From an uncultured virus (IMG/VR IMGVR_UViG_3300002460_002270) (taxonomy: Duplodnaviria; Heunggongvirae; Uroviricota; Caudoviricetes), in IMG/VR virus record IMGVR_UViG_3300002460_002270: a DNA stretch of 64,000 nt; one strand, written 5' to 3'. Under the pieces are notes generated by a model, which was given only the letters and a program-made list of their open reading frames with translations, did not search any database and was not told where the DNA came from. Positions 25,116-35,018 of the stretch are shown piece by piece. The position numbers and the translations under genes were made by a program. Numbering within the stretch: the stretch's first letter is position 1; each line of letters begins with the position of its first letter.

Positions 25116-25329
25116 CGTCAGCGACACAATGACATGGGCGTTCTCTTTAGGGCCCGTCTATAGAGCAAGCGTTTTATCTCATGTTAGAGCAGCAGCTATC
25201 ACGTTTGATGTTGAAATAGACATCACACCCACGGGCGGCTTCATAGTGAAGCACTACCAGATGACAGCTGTTGGCAGCCGCAGCTGTATCATATGTTTTA
25301 GAGATGCCTTCTTGAAGATGATGAACTGA
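25108..25329 (+). CDS. hypothetical protein
   Basis: 73 aa, overlaps previous stop. Confidence 0.4.
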   Translation: MNDVSDTMTWAFSLGPVYRASVLSHVRAAAITFDVEIDITPTGGFIVKHYQMTAVGSRSCIICFRDAFLKMMN

Positions 25330-25638
25330 GCTAGATGACAGCGTGATTAACTCAATGTGCCAGGTATGGTTACCATCATTCCAATGATTCAAGGGCATGA
25401 CGCTGTGACCTCGAGACTTGAAGAGCATGTCCTGTTGGTTACCCTGGATGCATGGTCTCCATGTGATGTAGAGTCATCGGCTTAAGGAGCAACTCATGGG
25501 TTGGACACCACGCGCGATAGAGCAATTTCAGGCTGGAAGTGACGTGACCACCAGGCCCTGTCTTTGGGAGGGTCAACAATTGAATGAAGAACGCTTTCAA
25601 CTTATATCAAGCATTCGCTTATGTACGCATGAGATGCT

Positions 25639-25839
25639 ATGACTCCCTTATTCATGATAGATGTCTTACGCGTCAATGACCTGTGTGAGGTAGATAACAT
25701 GCCATGTTTGTATATGGGTCGCGGTGACGTAGTGCTTACGGGTGCTGAACCACGTTATGAGCTGTTCTTAACACACAGAGGAGACATCATCTACTTTGAG
25801 CCTGACTTCATGGACCTTCGTGTGATACAGCGCGTATAG
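25639..25839 (+). CDS. small protein, possibly distant member of the paralogous family
   Basis: VNDLCEV...LYMG...LTHRG...DLRVIQ. Confidence 0.45.
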   Translation: MTPLFMIDVLRVNDLCEVDNMPCLYMGRGDVVLTGAEPRYELFLTHRGDIIYFEPDFMDLRVIQRV

Positions 25840-25843
25840 TCTC

Positions 25844-26089
25844 ATGTGGCACGTCTATGTCATCCAGTGTTTCGACGGGAGCCTCTACACGGGCATAACA
25901 ACAGATGTAGAACGTAGGGTCGGACAGCACAACGCGGGAACGGCATCCAAGTGCACCCGTGTAAGGAGGCCTGTTACATTATGTGCATCGGTGCCTGTCT
26001 CTGATCGGTCTCATGCCTTGAAGCTTGAGGCGCACGTGAAGAAGCAACCACGTGATGGGAAGCTGGATGCCCTAAAGAAGGGATTATGA
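25844..26089 (+). CDS. small GIY-YIG nuclease (YhbQ-like)
   Basis: VYVIQC.DGSLYTGITTDVERR..QHN.G...T..RRP...A...E..VK. Confidence 0.85.
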   Translation: MWHVYVIQCFDGSLYTGITTDVERRVGQHNAGTASKCTRVRRPVTLCASVPVSDRSHALKLEAHVKKQPRDGKLDALKKGL

Positions 26090-26877
26090 CATCTCATATC
26101 TTCAAATACCCACGGACAGCACATATCCAGGGTTCTAAGCTTCAAAAGGGTGACCACGACCTCTCACAAGTCCCGTTCTCTGAGCTTGAGGGAAGGCACC
26201 TCGTCATAGAGGAGAAGCTAGACGGCGCAAACTGTGGCATCTCGTTCGATGATGAGACGGGTGAAATGCTGCTTCAGAGCCGCGGACACTTTCTCACGGG
26301 CGGTCCGCGGGAGAGGCACTGGACGCTGTTCAAGCAGTGGGCTGCGACACACAGGGACGCGCTCTTTGACATCCTCGGCACGCGTTATGTGATGTACGCT
26401 GAGTGGATGTATGCCAAGCACACCATGTTCTATGACCTGCTCCCACACTACGTCATGGAGTTTGACATCTTAGACAGAGAGTCGGGCGATTTCCTATCAA
26501 CGTGTAGGCGAAGGGAGTTGCTAAAGGGTTCACCTGTGAGGTCTGTTCTCATCCTGCATGAGGGCACGCTGAGAAGCAAGGGACAACTCATCATGCTTGC
26601 AGAGCATCAATCGTACTTTCAGACGGGTCTCTGGACGCAGAGGCTCATAGAACAGGCAGCCTCTGCGGGCGTCGATGATGGGTTAGTGTTGAGGCAGACT
26701 GATGGCACGTGTCTGATGGAGGGGCTCTACATCAAGGTCGAAGATGATGAAAGAGTATTGAGTCGTTACAAACGGGTCAGGCATTCGTTCCTGAGTTCAA
26801 TCTCGGACTCAGAGACGCACTGGCTCGATAGGCCCATCATCCCTAACATCCTCGCTCCAGGCGTTGAGCTGTTCTAA
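26086..26877 (+). CDS. RNA ligase family protein
   Basis: KYPRTAH, EEKLDGAN, AEWMYAKH, EFDI, EGLYIKVE. Confidence 0.85.
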   Translation: MTSHIFKYPRTAHIQGSKLQKGDHDLSQVPFSELEGRHLVIEEKLDGANCGISFDDETGEMLLQSRGHFLTGGPRERHWTLFKQWAATHRDALFDILGTRYVMYAEWMYAKHTMFYDLLPHYVMEFDILDRESGDFLSTCRRRELLKGSPVRSVLILHEGTLRSKGQLIMLAEHQSYFQTGLWTQRLIEQAASAGVDDGLVLRQTDGTCLMEGLYIKVEDDERVLSRYKRVRHSFLSSISDSETHWLDRPIIPNILAPGVELF

Positions 26878-26878
26878 C

Positions 26879-27682
26879 ATGCGTATCCAGCTTCTTAGCG
26901 ACCTCCATCTCGAATTCGAGCGTGATGAGTCAGGCTCAAGCTTTATGATGTGGCTTGACCCGTCGAATGTCGATGTGCTTGTGCTGGCTGGTGACATCTG
27001 TTCACAGAGACAGCTTCATGATGTGCTTGCTGACTTCTGCAGGCTCTACCCACATGTCGTCTACGTCGTGGGAAACCATGAGTTCTATGGTTCGACACGC
27101 GACATCGTCTACCAGAAGCTAGGACGTGTAGCAGCAAAGCTTCCGAACCTCCACTGGCTCGACTGCTCATCAGTTGAGATAGAGGGTGTGCGGTTCCTGG
27201 GGGCGCCAATGTGGTTTAGGTGTCATCCCACGAACTTCGTGTGGGAGGGGATGATGAACGACTTCAACGTCATCCTTGACGACTTTCGAGCATGGGTCTA
27301 TCGCGACAACCAGCATGCGCTTGAGTTCTTTGATAGAGAGATGAGGGAGGGAGACATCGTCGTGACGCACCACCTTCCGACGTTCCAGAGCGTGTCGCCC
27401 AGGTTCAGGGGTTCAGCGTTGAATGCGTTCTTTGTGTGTGACGTGGAGCAGATGATGATGAACAAACGTCCAGCACTATGGATGCATGGGCACACGCACG
27501 ATTCATGTGACTACAACGTTCCAGTTGCTGGAAACAACACAGGTTCAACACATGTCGTGTGCAACCCACGAGGCTACTGGCCTGACAATCTCAATCCTGA
27601 GTTCAGGAATAACCTCATCATTGAGCTGCCGACGGTGCGCCAAGGTTCCGAGGAGCTGTTAGAGCCAACTGATAAGCCATGA
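26879..27682 (+). CDS. metallophosphoesterase
   Basis: SDLHLE, LAGDI, GNHEFY, THHLP, HGHTH, CNPRGY. Confidence 0.9.
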   Translation: MRIQLLSDLHLEFERDESGSSFMMWLDPSNVDVLVLAGDICSQRQLHDVLADFCRLYPHVVYVVGNHEFYGSTRDIVYQKLGRVAAKLPNLHWLDCSSVEIEGVRFLGAPMWFRCHPTNFVWEGMMNDFNVILDDFRAWVYRDNQHALEFFDREMREGDIVVTHHLPTFQSVSPRFRGSALNAFFVCDVEQMMMNKRPALWMHGHTHDSCDYNVPVAGNNTGSTHVVCNPRGYWPDNLNPEFRNNLIIELPTVRQGSEELLEPTDKP

Positions 27683-28137
27683 TGCACTACATTATGGGTG
27701 ATGCGACAGACCCAGTCAGGACAGGAAATGATATTTTGGTCCACTGTTGCAACAACAGGGGAGGCTGGGGCTCAGGGTTCACACGTGCGCTAAGCGCACG
27801 CTGGAAGGAACCTGAAAGGGCTTACAGGAGCTTGAGCAGCTTCATTCTAGGTTCCTGTGACGTAGTGGAGGTTGGGACCAACCTCTGGGTGGCGAACCTG
27901 ATAGGACAGGATGGCTATGGTCGTTCAGACAGTCCAGGCTACCCATTCATCAGATATGACGCCCTCAAAGAGGGCCTGATGAAGGTCAGGACCCATGCTC
28001 TGTGTCACAGTCCCATTGCTAGCATACACATGCCTAGGATGGGTTGTGGCCTCGCGGGTGGCACGTGGGAACGCGTGCGCTCGATAATAATAGACTGTCT
28101 ATCTGATATAGACATTTATGTCTATGACATTCACTAG
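27679..28137 (+). CDS. macro-domain ADP-ribose hydrolase (TARG1/DarG-like class)
   Basis: GDAT, HCCNNRGGWGSGF, MPRMGCGLAGG.W. Confidence 0.85.
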   Translation: MMHYIMGDATDPVRTGNDILVHCCNNRGGWGSGFTRALSARWKEPERAYRSLSSFILGSCDVVEVGTNLWVANLIGQDGYGRSDSPGYPFIRYDALKEGLMKVRTHALCHSPIASIHMPRMGCGLAGGTWERVRSIIIDCLSDIDIYVYDIH

Positions 28138-28156
28138 AAGGAAGTTTCATACAACA

Positions 28157-28186
28157 GTGAACATTTTTTCTGTTCCTGTGTATTCT
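28157..28186 (+). promoter_or_regulatory. class-A promoter GTGAAC-N18-TATTCT
   Basis: Recurrent motif and spacing. Confidence 0.5.
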
Positions 28187-28249
28187 AGTTAAGAGGCCAG
28201 ATGATGACAGATAAGTTCATTTAGGGAATAGAAACTATTATAGTAACTG

Positions 28250-28301
28250 AGAGGTTCTATTATCTACTAGAACCATGTCTAGTTATGATAATAGAACCTC
28301 T
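28250..28301. repeat. perfect 15-bp inverted repeat with inner stem
   Basis: AGAGGTTCTATTATC...GATAATAGAACCTCT; inner ACTAGA/TCTAGT. Confidence 0.9.
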
Positions 28302-28325
28302 TAATATAGCTAGAGGATGTGCGTG

Positions 28326-28871
28326 ATGGACACGCTTGTGTTGAATATGGGTTGGCAGCCTGTTGGAAGGATGTCATGGCAGCGTGCCATAACGCAGTGG
28401 TGCAAGGGCCGCGTAGAGATTATTGACTCATATGAGGACAGGGACATACGGTCTGTCACATTCAGCATGAAGATGCCCGCTGTCGTTAGGGAGCTGACAA
28501 GCTACAAGCGGAAGAAGGCAGTCAAGTTCTCACGTGAGAACGTCTACAGCCGAGACGGAGGAAAGTGCCAGTATTGCCAGGAGCGTGTTCCACGTCCCAA
28601 GGCAACGTACGACCACGTCGTGCCCCGTGACCAGGGCGGAAAGACGACATGGGACAACATCGTGATAGCATGCTTTGACTGCAACCAGAAGAAGAGGAAC
28701 AGGACGCCTGAGCAGTCTGGCATGCTTCTCAAGAAGAGGCCTGTGAAGCCCAAGACGATATCACACGATATGAGCTTTACGTTCACGTGGAAGAAGGGAA
28801 TGCCCATGGAGTGGCAAGCGTTCCTGCGTGACAATGCATACTGGAACGGGGAGCTTGATGAGGATGAGTAG
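28326..28871 (+). CDS. HNH endonuclease (McrA-like)
   Basis: TLVLN, FSRENVYSRD..CQYC, DHVVPR..GG...WDN...C..CN..K..RTPEQ. Confidence 0.9.
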   Translation: MDTLVLNMGWQPVGRMSWQRAITQWCKGRVEIIDSYEDRDIRSVTFSMKMPAVVRELTSYKRKKAVKFSRENVYSRDGGKCQYCQERVPRPKATYDHVVPRDQGGKTTWDNIVIACFDCNQKKRNRTPEQSGMLLKKRPVKPKTISHDMSFTFTWKKGMPMEWQAFLRDNAYWNGELDEDE

Positions 28872-28882
28872 GGCGTGATACC

Positions 28883-29203
28883 ATGAGATTGGGCTACACG
28901 GTCGTCGCCAGCGTCTTTATGCTAGCGTGTGTCGTGAACTCTCACGCCCTGACGAGAGAGGGCTGGATGTTGGGCTTCGATCTTGTCGAACACTGCGAAA
29001 GGGCAAAGTCATGCGTCGACAGTGAGTATCAGGGCCTTGCAGCCTCAGAGGTTGAGTTCCGCCTGTGTCTTGATGCATTCAGGCACGATGCCGATAGTTC
29101 GATCGCACAAGACGTATTCTACAACGACTGCCTAGGGTTCAGTGATGGCTGCGCATACATGCGCTGCATGTCAATGCATGATGCAGCATCGACCCTGCAA
29201 TAA
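28883..29203 (+). CDS. secreted or lipoprotein-like Cys-rich protein
   Basis: Signal peptide ending MLAC. Confidence 0.5.
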   Translation: MRLGYTVVASVFMLACVVNSHALTREGWMLGFDLVEHCERAKSCVDSEYQGLAASEVEFRLCLDAFRHDADSSIAQDVFYNDCLGFSDGCAYMRCMSMHDAASTLQ

Positions 29204-29235
29204 TAACATCTTCACTGTCATTATTACGATGAAGC

Positions 29236-29640
29236 ATGGTTGAGCTGATCGCAACGCTTACGTTGGCTGCTGTCGTGTGCCTCGTCGTGCTGGTGCTGTT
29301 CCTCGTCAGGAAGGCATCAGACCCGCTCAGTGCCTTCTATCCCATAGACGATAATGAGGCTAGGCTGCTCGCGCTGGTGGATGAGAGCTTCTACGCTTCG
29401 TTCCTGCTATACCTCAGGACGCTTGAGATGTCAGCTGGGCTACAGGACCACCTGTCAGAGGACAAGCGACGTCTCGAGGCCCTGAGCTACTATATGCTTC
29501 TTAGAAGTTCGCAGGAGGAGGAGATGAAGAAGCAGGCATGGAAGGGTGAGACGACGAACCTGGGTTCTACGAATGAGCATGTCAGGAGGCTCATCTCCCA
29601 GAGGCTTAAACACAATCGCATGTCGGGAAATGATGTGTAA
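29236..29640 (+). CDS. membrane-anchored hypothetical protein
   Basis: N-terminal transmembrane helix. Confidence 0.55.
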   Translation: MVELIATLTLAAVVCLVVLVLFLVRKASDPLSAFYPIDDNEARLLALVDESFYASFLLYLRTLEMSAGLQDHLSEDKRRLEALSYYMLLRSSQEEEMKKQAWKGETTNLGSTNEHVRRLISQRLKHNRMSGNDV

Positions 29641-29664
29641 CCAAACCAGACGCTGTGTTACAAT
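29635..29664 (+). promoter_or_regulatory. class-A promoter GTGTAA-N18-TACAAT (leaderless)
   Basis: ATG 6 nt after the -10 box. Confidence 0.6.
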
Positions 29665-29670
29665 GTATCC

Positions 29671-30072
29671 ATGATTATGCCACAGAGCCCTCATTCTATT
29701 GAGACGCTTCTTGATCGTGTCGTAAAGCGCTCAGAGCACAGACTCAAGCATGATGCAGCGCAGCTGTTGGTCAGACACTCTAGGTTCGAGGCATTCGTCC
29801 AGGATAACTTTGTGATAGCTGTGCTGACGGTGACGATGCCTGCACGCTACGGGGGCATGCAGCACACATTCCCTGGTGTGGCGAAGCGTGAGCCCGGCGA
29901 TGTGTATGACTTCGTTGTGGGACGGAACATCGCGCTCCGGCGGGCGTTAAAGTGTGCGCAGACGTTCATGGAGTTCTTCCTTGAGGACCCTGCCATCGAC
30001 TCTCCTGTGCGTTCAACACCCGGTGGCTTGAGAGAGATGTCAGGGGCCCGCATGACGCTTGACATGTTTTGA
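29671..30072 (+). CDS. hypothetical protein
   Basis: GVAKREPGDVYDFVVGRNIALRRAL motif. Confidence 0.6.
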   Translation: MIMPQSPHSIETLLDRVVKRSEHRLKHDAAQLLVRHSRFEAFVQDNFVIAVLTVTMPARYGGMQHTFPGVAKREPGDVYDFVVGRNIALRRALKCAQTFMEFFLEDPAIDSPVRSTPGGLREMSGARMTLDMF

Positions 30073-30093
30073 TCGTTGGTAAGCAGAGGTAGA

Positions 30094-31377
30094 ATGAGCG
30101 ACCTACAACAACCCTTCCCTCGTCCAGACTTCTCAGTAGACTTCGTCTGTCGCTATGAGAGTGAGATAGACCGTGCGGTCGTACTCTATGCGATGGGACA
30201 CTACATTGAGGCTGTCATTGGGACACGTGACATCCTCTTCGTCAAGGTCCCGATGGAGGCGATTAACAAGTCGTTTGCGTTGAACCCTCTGTATCCAGGG
30301 GATGAGATTGAGTTCAGGATAGACCACAGGAAGAACAACATCGTCCAGAACGAGGAGCTGACGGGCGATGACCTACCTCCCATCTGGTCTGTGCTGACAA
30401 GCGCGACGGGTGTGAACATAATCACGACGATTGAACCCTGTAAGTTCATTGTTGCACGTGATAGCTTCGATGCGTTCAAGGAGCTGATGTCACACGTCGA
30501 GATCGCTCCCAAGGAATACAACTACGTTGCGCTTGAGTCTGTTCACTGGAACGACACGACACGTGTCCTCCGGCGTGATATTGAGTTCTTCGTCAAGGGA
30601 AAGAAGCTATTCGATGACAGGGGACTACCCTACAACAGGTCATACCTCTTGCATGGGCCGCCTGGGAACGGAAAGACAACGACGATCAAGGCCATCGCGA
30701 GGTTTCTGAACACAAAGCCCAAGACGTTCGATTTCTCAGCTGCGAGGAACGCGCCTGACAGCGACTTTCTTGCCTGGGTGTTGGGTGACTCAGAGCGCAT
30801 TGCCCGTAATGAGGACTCAGACGAAGATGACGAAGGAACAGCGCGCCGTGGGAAGAGAGGGCGTCAGTCTGATGATGATGCAAAGACGCCCATCAGGCTC
30901 CTTATCCTTGAGGACATCGATAGACTGTTTCCCAAGGACGAACCCAAGCAGACGGCAGTGAGCCTGCAGGCTGTGCTTCAAGCCCTTGACGGCGCTGTTG
31001 AGCGCAGGAACACAGTCATCATCGCCACGGCGAACCACCCAAAGAGCTTGGACCAGCAGGTGCTAGCGCGTCCGGGACGCTTTGACAAGCAGGTTTTCTA
31101 TGAGCAGCCGACGATAGAGCTTGCCTTTGAATTCCTAAAGAGGCTATTCGAGGGTGAGTCAGCCGTCTCAGACGGCGTGCTCCGGGGCGCGTGCGATGAG
31201 CTAAAGGGACACTCATATGCCTTCCACAAGGAGCTGTTTGCATCAGCAGCGTCATACGCGATAGAGGACTCGAGAACGTTGCTGGAGGATGCAGACGTCG
31301 AGAAGGGCCTCTCTGACCTTGTCACACATATTGACAGCGTCTTGATAAAGTCTGAAAGACTATCACTGGGATTTTGA
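30094..31377 (+). CDS. AAA+ ATPase
   Basis: Walker A GPPGNGKT, Walker B LILEDID, ATAN, RPGRFD. Confidence 0.9.
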   Translation: MSDLQQPFPRPDFSVDFVCRYESEIDRAVVLYAMGHYIEAVIGTRDILFVKVPMEAINKSFALNPLYPGDEIEFRIDHRKNNIVQNEELTGDDLPPIWSVLTSATGVNIITTIEPCKFIVARDSFDAFKELMSHVEIAPKEYNYVALESVHWNDTTRVLRRDIEFFVKGKKLFDDRGLPYNRSYLLHGPPGNGKTTTIKAIARFLNTKPKTFDFSAARNAPDSDFLAWVLGDSERIARNEDSDEDDEGTARRGKRGRQSDDDAKTPIRLLILEDIDRLFPKDEPKQTAVSLQAVLQALDGAVERRNTVIIATANHPKSLDQQVLARPGRFDKQVFYEQPTIELAFEFLKRLFEGESAVSDGVLRGACDELKGHSYAFHKELFASAASYAIEDSRTLLEDADVEKGLSDLVTHIDSVLIKSERLSLGF

Positions 31378-31447
31378 GAGTTTATAGCTTGTCGTAATAA
31401 TCGTGGGTTTTTGTCATATTTCGCACATTGTTCCATAGCTATGATAT

Positions 31448-32389
31448 GTGAGTCAAAAGAATGCTTCACGTAAGAAGTATCACATCCTCTATAAAACAAC
31501 GTGTATTGTAACACGTAGATATTACATTGGTATGCATTCAACAGACGATCTAGATGACGGCTATCTAGGCTCAGGATATGTTTTACAACGCTCAATTAAG
31601 AAGTATGGTAAGAAAGCGCATCAACGTGTAATTCTTGAAGATTGCTCTAAGCAGGGCAGGTCGTATCTTCGCGAGCGTGAAAAAGAGCTTGTAACACAGG
31701 AAATAGTAAATGATCCTATGAGCTTGAACATTGCATTGGAAGGTGGCGGCACGCTTGAGACGCCTAGCGATGAGACAAGAAAGATGATGCAGCAATTTGC
31801 GAAAGGACGCACTTGGACAGCAGCGATGAGGATGAGCTTTACTCAGACAATGCAGCGTAAGGCTGATGAGCGATTCGCAAGATATGCTGCCAATCCGAAG
31901 CTTTGTGTTGTTTGTCACGAGCCTAATCCGTATGAACGTCAGTTTCGAAAGACATGTTCTGAAGAACACAGACGTTTATTACTTAGTGAAATTGTAAAAT
32001 GTCGAACGATGCCGCAGCATGCACGTGATGCGATTGGTAGGGCTAATAAGGGAAGAATAAAGACTCCAGAAGAGTGTGCGAAGATTTCAGCAGGAAATAA
32101 GGGGAAGAAGCATTCTGAAGAATTAAAGAGAAAGATAAGCCTGGGAAATAAGGGTAAACGACACACGGAAGAGTCTAAAAAGCTAATGTCGGAAGTACTA
32201 AAACAACGAATTGCTGAAAGGGGCGGGTTTTCTGATGAACATCGTAGAAAGTTATCTGAATCTCATCGTGGACAACCTTCACCCATGAAAGGTAAAAAGT
32301 TTAGCGATGAACATCGTAAAAATTTAGCGATTAGTCAACGACGTAGGTACGCTAGATTAAGAGCTTTGAAGCAATCAAAATCAAGTTGA
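31448..32389 (+). CDS. GIY-YIG homing endonuclease with NUMOD3-like repeats
   Basis: ILYKTT...YYIGMHST...YLGSG; repeated GKKHSEE.K.KIS; AT-rich. Confidence 0.85.
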   Translation: MSQKNASRKKYHILYKTTCIVTRRYYIGMHSTDDLDDGYLGSGYVLQRSIKKYGKKAHQRVILEDCSKQGRSYLREREKELVTQEIVNDPMSLNIALEGGGTLETPSDETRKMMQQFAKGRTWTAAMRMSFTQTMQRKADERFARYAANPKLCVVCHEPNPYERQFRKTCSEEHRRLLLSEIVKCRTMPQHARDAIGRANKGRIKTPEECAKISAGNKGKKHSEELKRKISLGNKGKRHTEESKKLMSEVLKQRIAERGGFSDEHRRKLSESHRGQPSPMKGKKFSDEHRKNLAISQRRRYARLRALKQSKSS

Positions 32390-32404
32390 GTACGTGAAGA
32401 ATTT

Positions 32405-32830
32405 ATGCGCACGCCGCTGACGACATCACCCTATGGGCTCATACAGGAGGAGCTTCGAGGTCAGCCATGGAGGTTGCTGGTCGCCTGTGTCATGCTGAAC
32501 ATGACGAGCATAAAGCAGGTCAGGCCTGTCATTGAGCAGTTCTTCCTGATGTTTCCCACGGCACAGGATGCGGCTGTTGCTGACCAAACGACGTTAGCAG
32601 AGTTGTTGCAGCCGCTCGGTCTGCACAACAGACGTGCAAAGTCACTCATTGCGCTCTCACGTGCGTTTGACGGATGCTGGCATGATGTGGTTGAGCTTCC
32701 GGGTGTGGGACGTTACGCAGCCGATAGCTACAGAATATTTGTCCAGGGCTTGATCGATGTTGAGCCCTCTGACAAGAAGCTACAGAAGTATATCATATGG
32801 GCAAGGGAACAGGCAACAAGGACACAGTAG
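32405..32830 (+). CDS. HhH-GPD DNA glycosylase, MBD4-like
   Basis: LIQEEL...PWRLLVAC.MLN.T, LGL..RRAK, LPGVGRYAADSYRIF, DKKL. Confidence 0.85.
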   Translation: MRTPLTTSPYGLIQEELRGQPWRLLVACVMLNMTSIKQVRPVIEQFFLMFPTAQDAAVADQTTLAELLQPLGLHNRRAKSLIALSRAFDGCWHDVVELPGVGRYAADSYRIFVQGLIDVEPSDKKLQKYIIWAREQATRTQ

Positions 32831-33144
32831 AGACAGTCAGGGCGCTAGACATAGCGACGGGAACCATCTACAGCTTTCCTGTCACGTATCGCTTTGGAGC
32901 ATTTCCAAAGCATATGTTTGCGCCACCGTTCTTCACTGATGCGAAGGCATTTGCACTAAGCAGGCAGCTGTCTGATGCCAGTGTGGGACAGACTGTGTTC
33001 ATAGAATGGGCGCTTGATAGGTTCTACGTGAAAGATGACCAGACGGGTGAGTTTGTCTTGGGCTCGACTGTCTGGAGGAAGTCCAAGATGCTTGGACCTG
33101 ATGAAGGAGATGAAGGATGCAAGTCAAATACACAGGAATCCTGA
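32797..33144 (+). CDS. hypothetical protein
   Basis: 115 aa in operon. Confidence 0.45.
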   Translation: MGKGTGNKDTVETVRALDIATGTIYSFPVTYRFGAFPKHMFAPPFFTDAKAFALSRQLSDASVGQTVFIEWALDRFYVKDDQTGEFVLGSTVWRKSKMLGPDEGDEGCKSNTQES

Positions 33145-33548
33145 AGCTAGCGCTTGATGACGCTGCGCTAAAGCGTGTCCTTCGGTTGCAGAATGATGCC
33201 CTGCCTGAGCAGGCAATCCCACTGTCTGAGAATGACCTGCATGTCACGCTCGTGCATCAGAACATCCTGAAGCCGCATAAGAAAGTGTTGCGGTCGATCG
33301 AGTTTCCTCAGGGTCCTGATGTAGATGTTGATGACGCAGTGTTCAGGATCGATCGCGGCGATAGGACGTCATGGATAGCACTCGTGAAGAACTGGAATGA
33401 GATGCAGGAGTATGTCAATGCTCTCATGTTACGCTTGGGAGAGCCTCCTAACCCAGAGAAGCGCGTCTTCCATGTGTCATTGGCTAACCTGATAGGCAGT
33501 CCATACGCGTCTGTGGGCGACGTGAAGCACTCTGACATCTGGAAATAG
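33117..33548 (+). CDS. 2H phosphoesterase
   Basis: Two Hx(T/S) motifs: LHVTLV and FHVSLA. Confidence 0.75.
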   Translation: MQVKYTGILKLALDDAALKRVLRLQNDALPEQAIPLSENDLHVTLVHQNILKPHKKVLRSIEFPQGPDVDVDDAVFRIDRGDRTSWIALVKNWNEMQEYVNALMLRLGEPPNPEKRVFHVSLANLIGSPYASVGDVKHSDIWK

Positions 33549-33556
33549 GTCATCGC

Positions 33557-35017
33557 ATGAAGCTCAACACGGATGACTTTGTGGCCCTGCTAAGGGAGCT
33601 GAACGATGAGTTTGAGCCCAGGAGGCAGGAGCTTGTCGCGATGACAGCCTCTTGGATGCGCACCAAGCGTGATAGCGGTGTCTCTAGCTATGGCCAGTGC
33701 GCATTCACGCCTCCAGTCGCTAGGAGCGATGGTTGGAGCGTGAGGCTACCATCATGGTGCGCTGACCAGAGGAACCAGATGACGGGTCCAGCCGATGACA
33801 CAAAGATAGTGTCAAAGCTGATGAACTCGGGCTCTCCGGGTGTGATGCTCGACCTCGAGGACAGCATCGTCCCTGAGAACATGATGGCGGGCCTGCTGAA
33901 CTCGCTGTCAGCGATCCACGGTTGCTCTGGCTTTTCTGAAGGCCAAGTGACCTTCATCAGGCCTCCTGGCATACGTGTGTCGAACGGGTCCATTAACGTG
34001 TATGAGCTGTCAGATGTGTCTGCGAGCCTCTATGCGACAGCATTCATCGCATTAAGCGTTAACGTTTCCCGCCTGCAGCATCCTCCCTGTTTCTACATCC
34101 CAAAGTCTGAGTCTGCTGCTGAAGCGCTATGGTGGAGGGACCTCTTTCATGCGCTAGCAGACATCAGGGGTTGGCCATCTGACTACATAAAGTGTATGGC
34201 CCTCGTTGAGTCGTTCTCGCTTGCGTATGAGATGGAGGAGTTTGCGTTCAACCTTAGGGACCACCTGCTGGGACTGACGTTCGGCCGGTGGGATTACATC
34301 GCCTCTATCGCGCATTGGAACATGGCTGACCCAGGCTGGTGCATCCCTGATCGCGACACGCTGTCACAGAGCGCGCTCTGCATAGAGTCAGTCTCACGAC
34401 GGCTCGTGGACGTCTGTCACAGGCATGGGCTCTTGGCCATCGGCGGGATGACAGCGCTCTTTCCATCGAGGAAGGATGCTGCTATGAATGAGCGTGCACT
34501 CGATGCCCTGCGCGTTGATAAGCAGCGTGAGGCGTCGCTCGGCTTCGACGGCGCATGGACAGGACACCCTGATCAGAATGACATTGCCATAACGCAGTTT
34601 CCCAGCCCGAACCAGCTTGACAGGCCCAGCGACGGCAGGAACTATCAAATGAGCTTCAGCGTCCCTCTCGCCGGGGTGTATACGCTGAAAGGAACAAGCG
34701 CCGCCATCAGGACTGCGATAGCGTATGCGTATGGTCGCGTCAATGGTAAGGGAGCTAGCCTTCTAGACGGTTACATGGAGGACCTAGCAACGTACAGGAT
34801 GTGCTGTGTGATGCTCGCCGCGAGGATGAAGCACTGGGAGACGATCTCATGGGACCAGCCCGTAGCGCTATCATTTGGAGCGCTGTGCGATATGTTTAGG
34901 GATGAGGCTGAGTTCCTTATCACACGTCTTGGACTGTGGAATGAGCCTGCCGAGGTGATAGCGATCAAGAGGGTTGCCCTCGACGTGCTTGAGGCAGTGA
35001 CACTGGAGGACTTCTAG
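33557..35017 (+). CDS. aceB: malate synthase
   Basis: TGP, DLEDS, YIPK.E...[32 protein letters not shown]. Confidence 0.9.
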   Translation: MKLNTDDFVALLRELNDEFEPRRQELVAMTASWMRTKRDSGVSSYGQCAFTPPVARSDGWSVRLPSWCADQRNQMTGPADDTKIVSKLMNSGSPGVMLDLEDSIVPENMMAGLLNSLSAIHGCSGFSEGQVTFIRPPGIRVSNGSINVYELSDVSASLYATAFIALSVNVSRLQHPPCFYIPKSESAAEALWWRDLFHALADIRGWPSDYIKCMALVESFSLAYEMEEFAFNLRDHLLGLTFGRWDYIASIAHWNMADPGWCIPDRDTLSQSALCIESVSRRLVDVCHRHGLLAIGGMTALFPSRKDAAMNERALDALRVDKQREASLGFDGAWTGHPDQNDIAITQFPSPNQLDRPSDGRNYQMSFSVPLAGVYTLKGTSAAIRTAIAYAYGRVNGKGASLLDGYMEDLATYRMCCVMLAARMKHWETISWDQPVALSFGALCDMFRDEAEFLITRLGLWNEPAEVIAIKRVALDVLEAVTLEDF

Positions 35018-35018
35018 C

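Noticed and set aside
25330..25638. 300-nt gap, possibly a decayed minus-strand ORF
   Set aside because: No continuous frame, recognisable motif or convincing structure.
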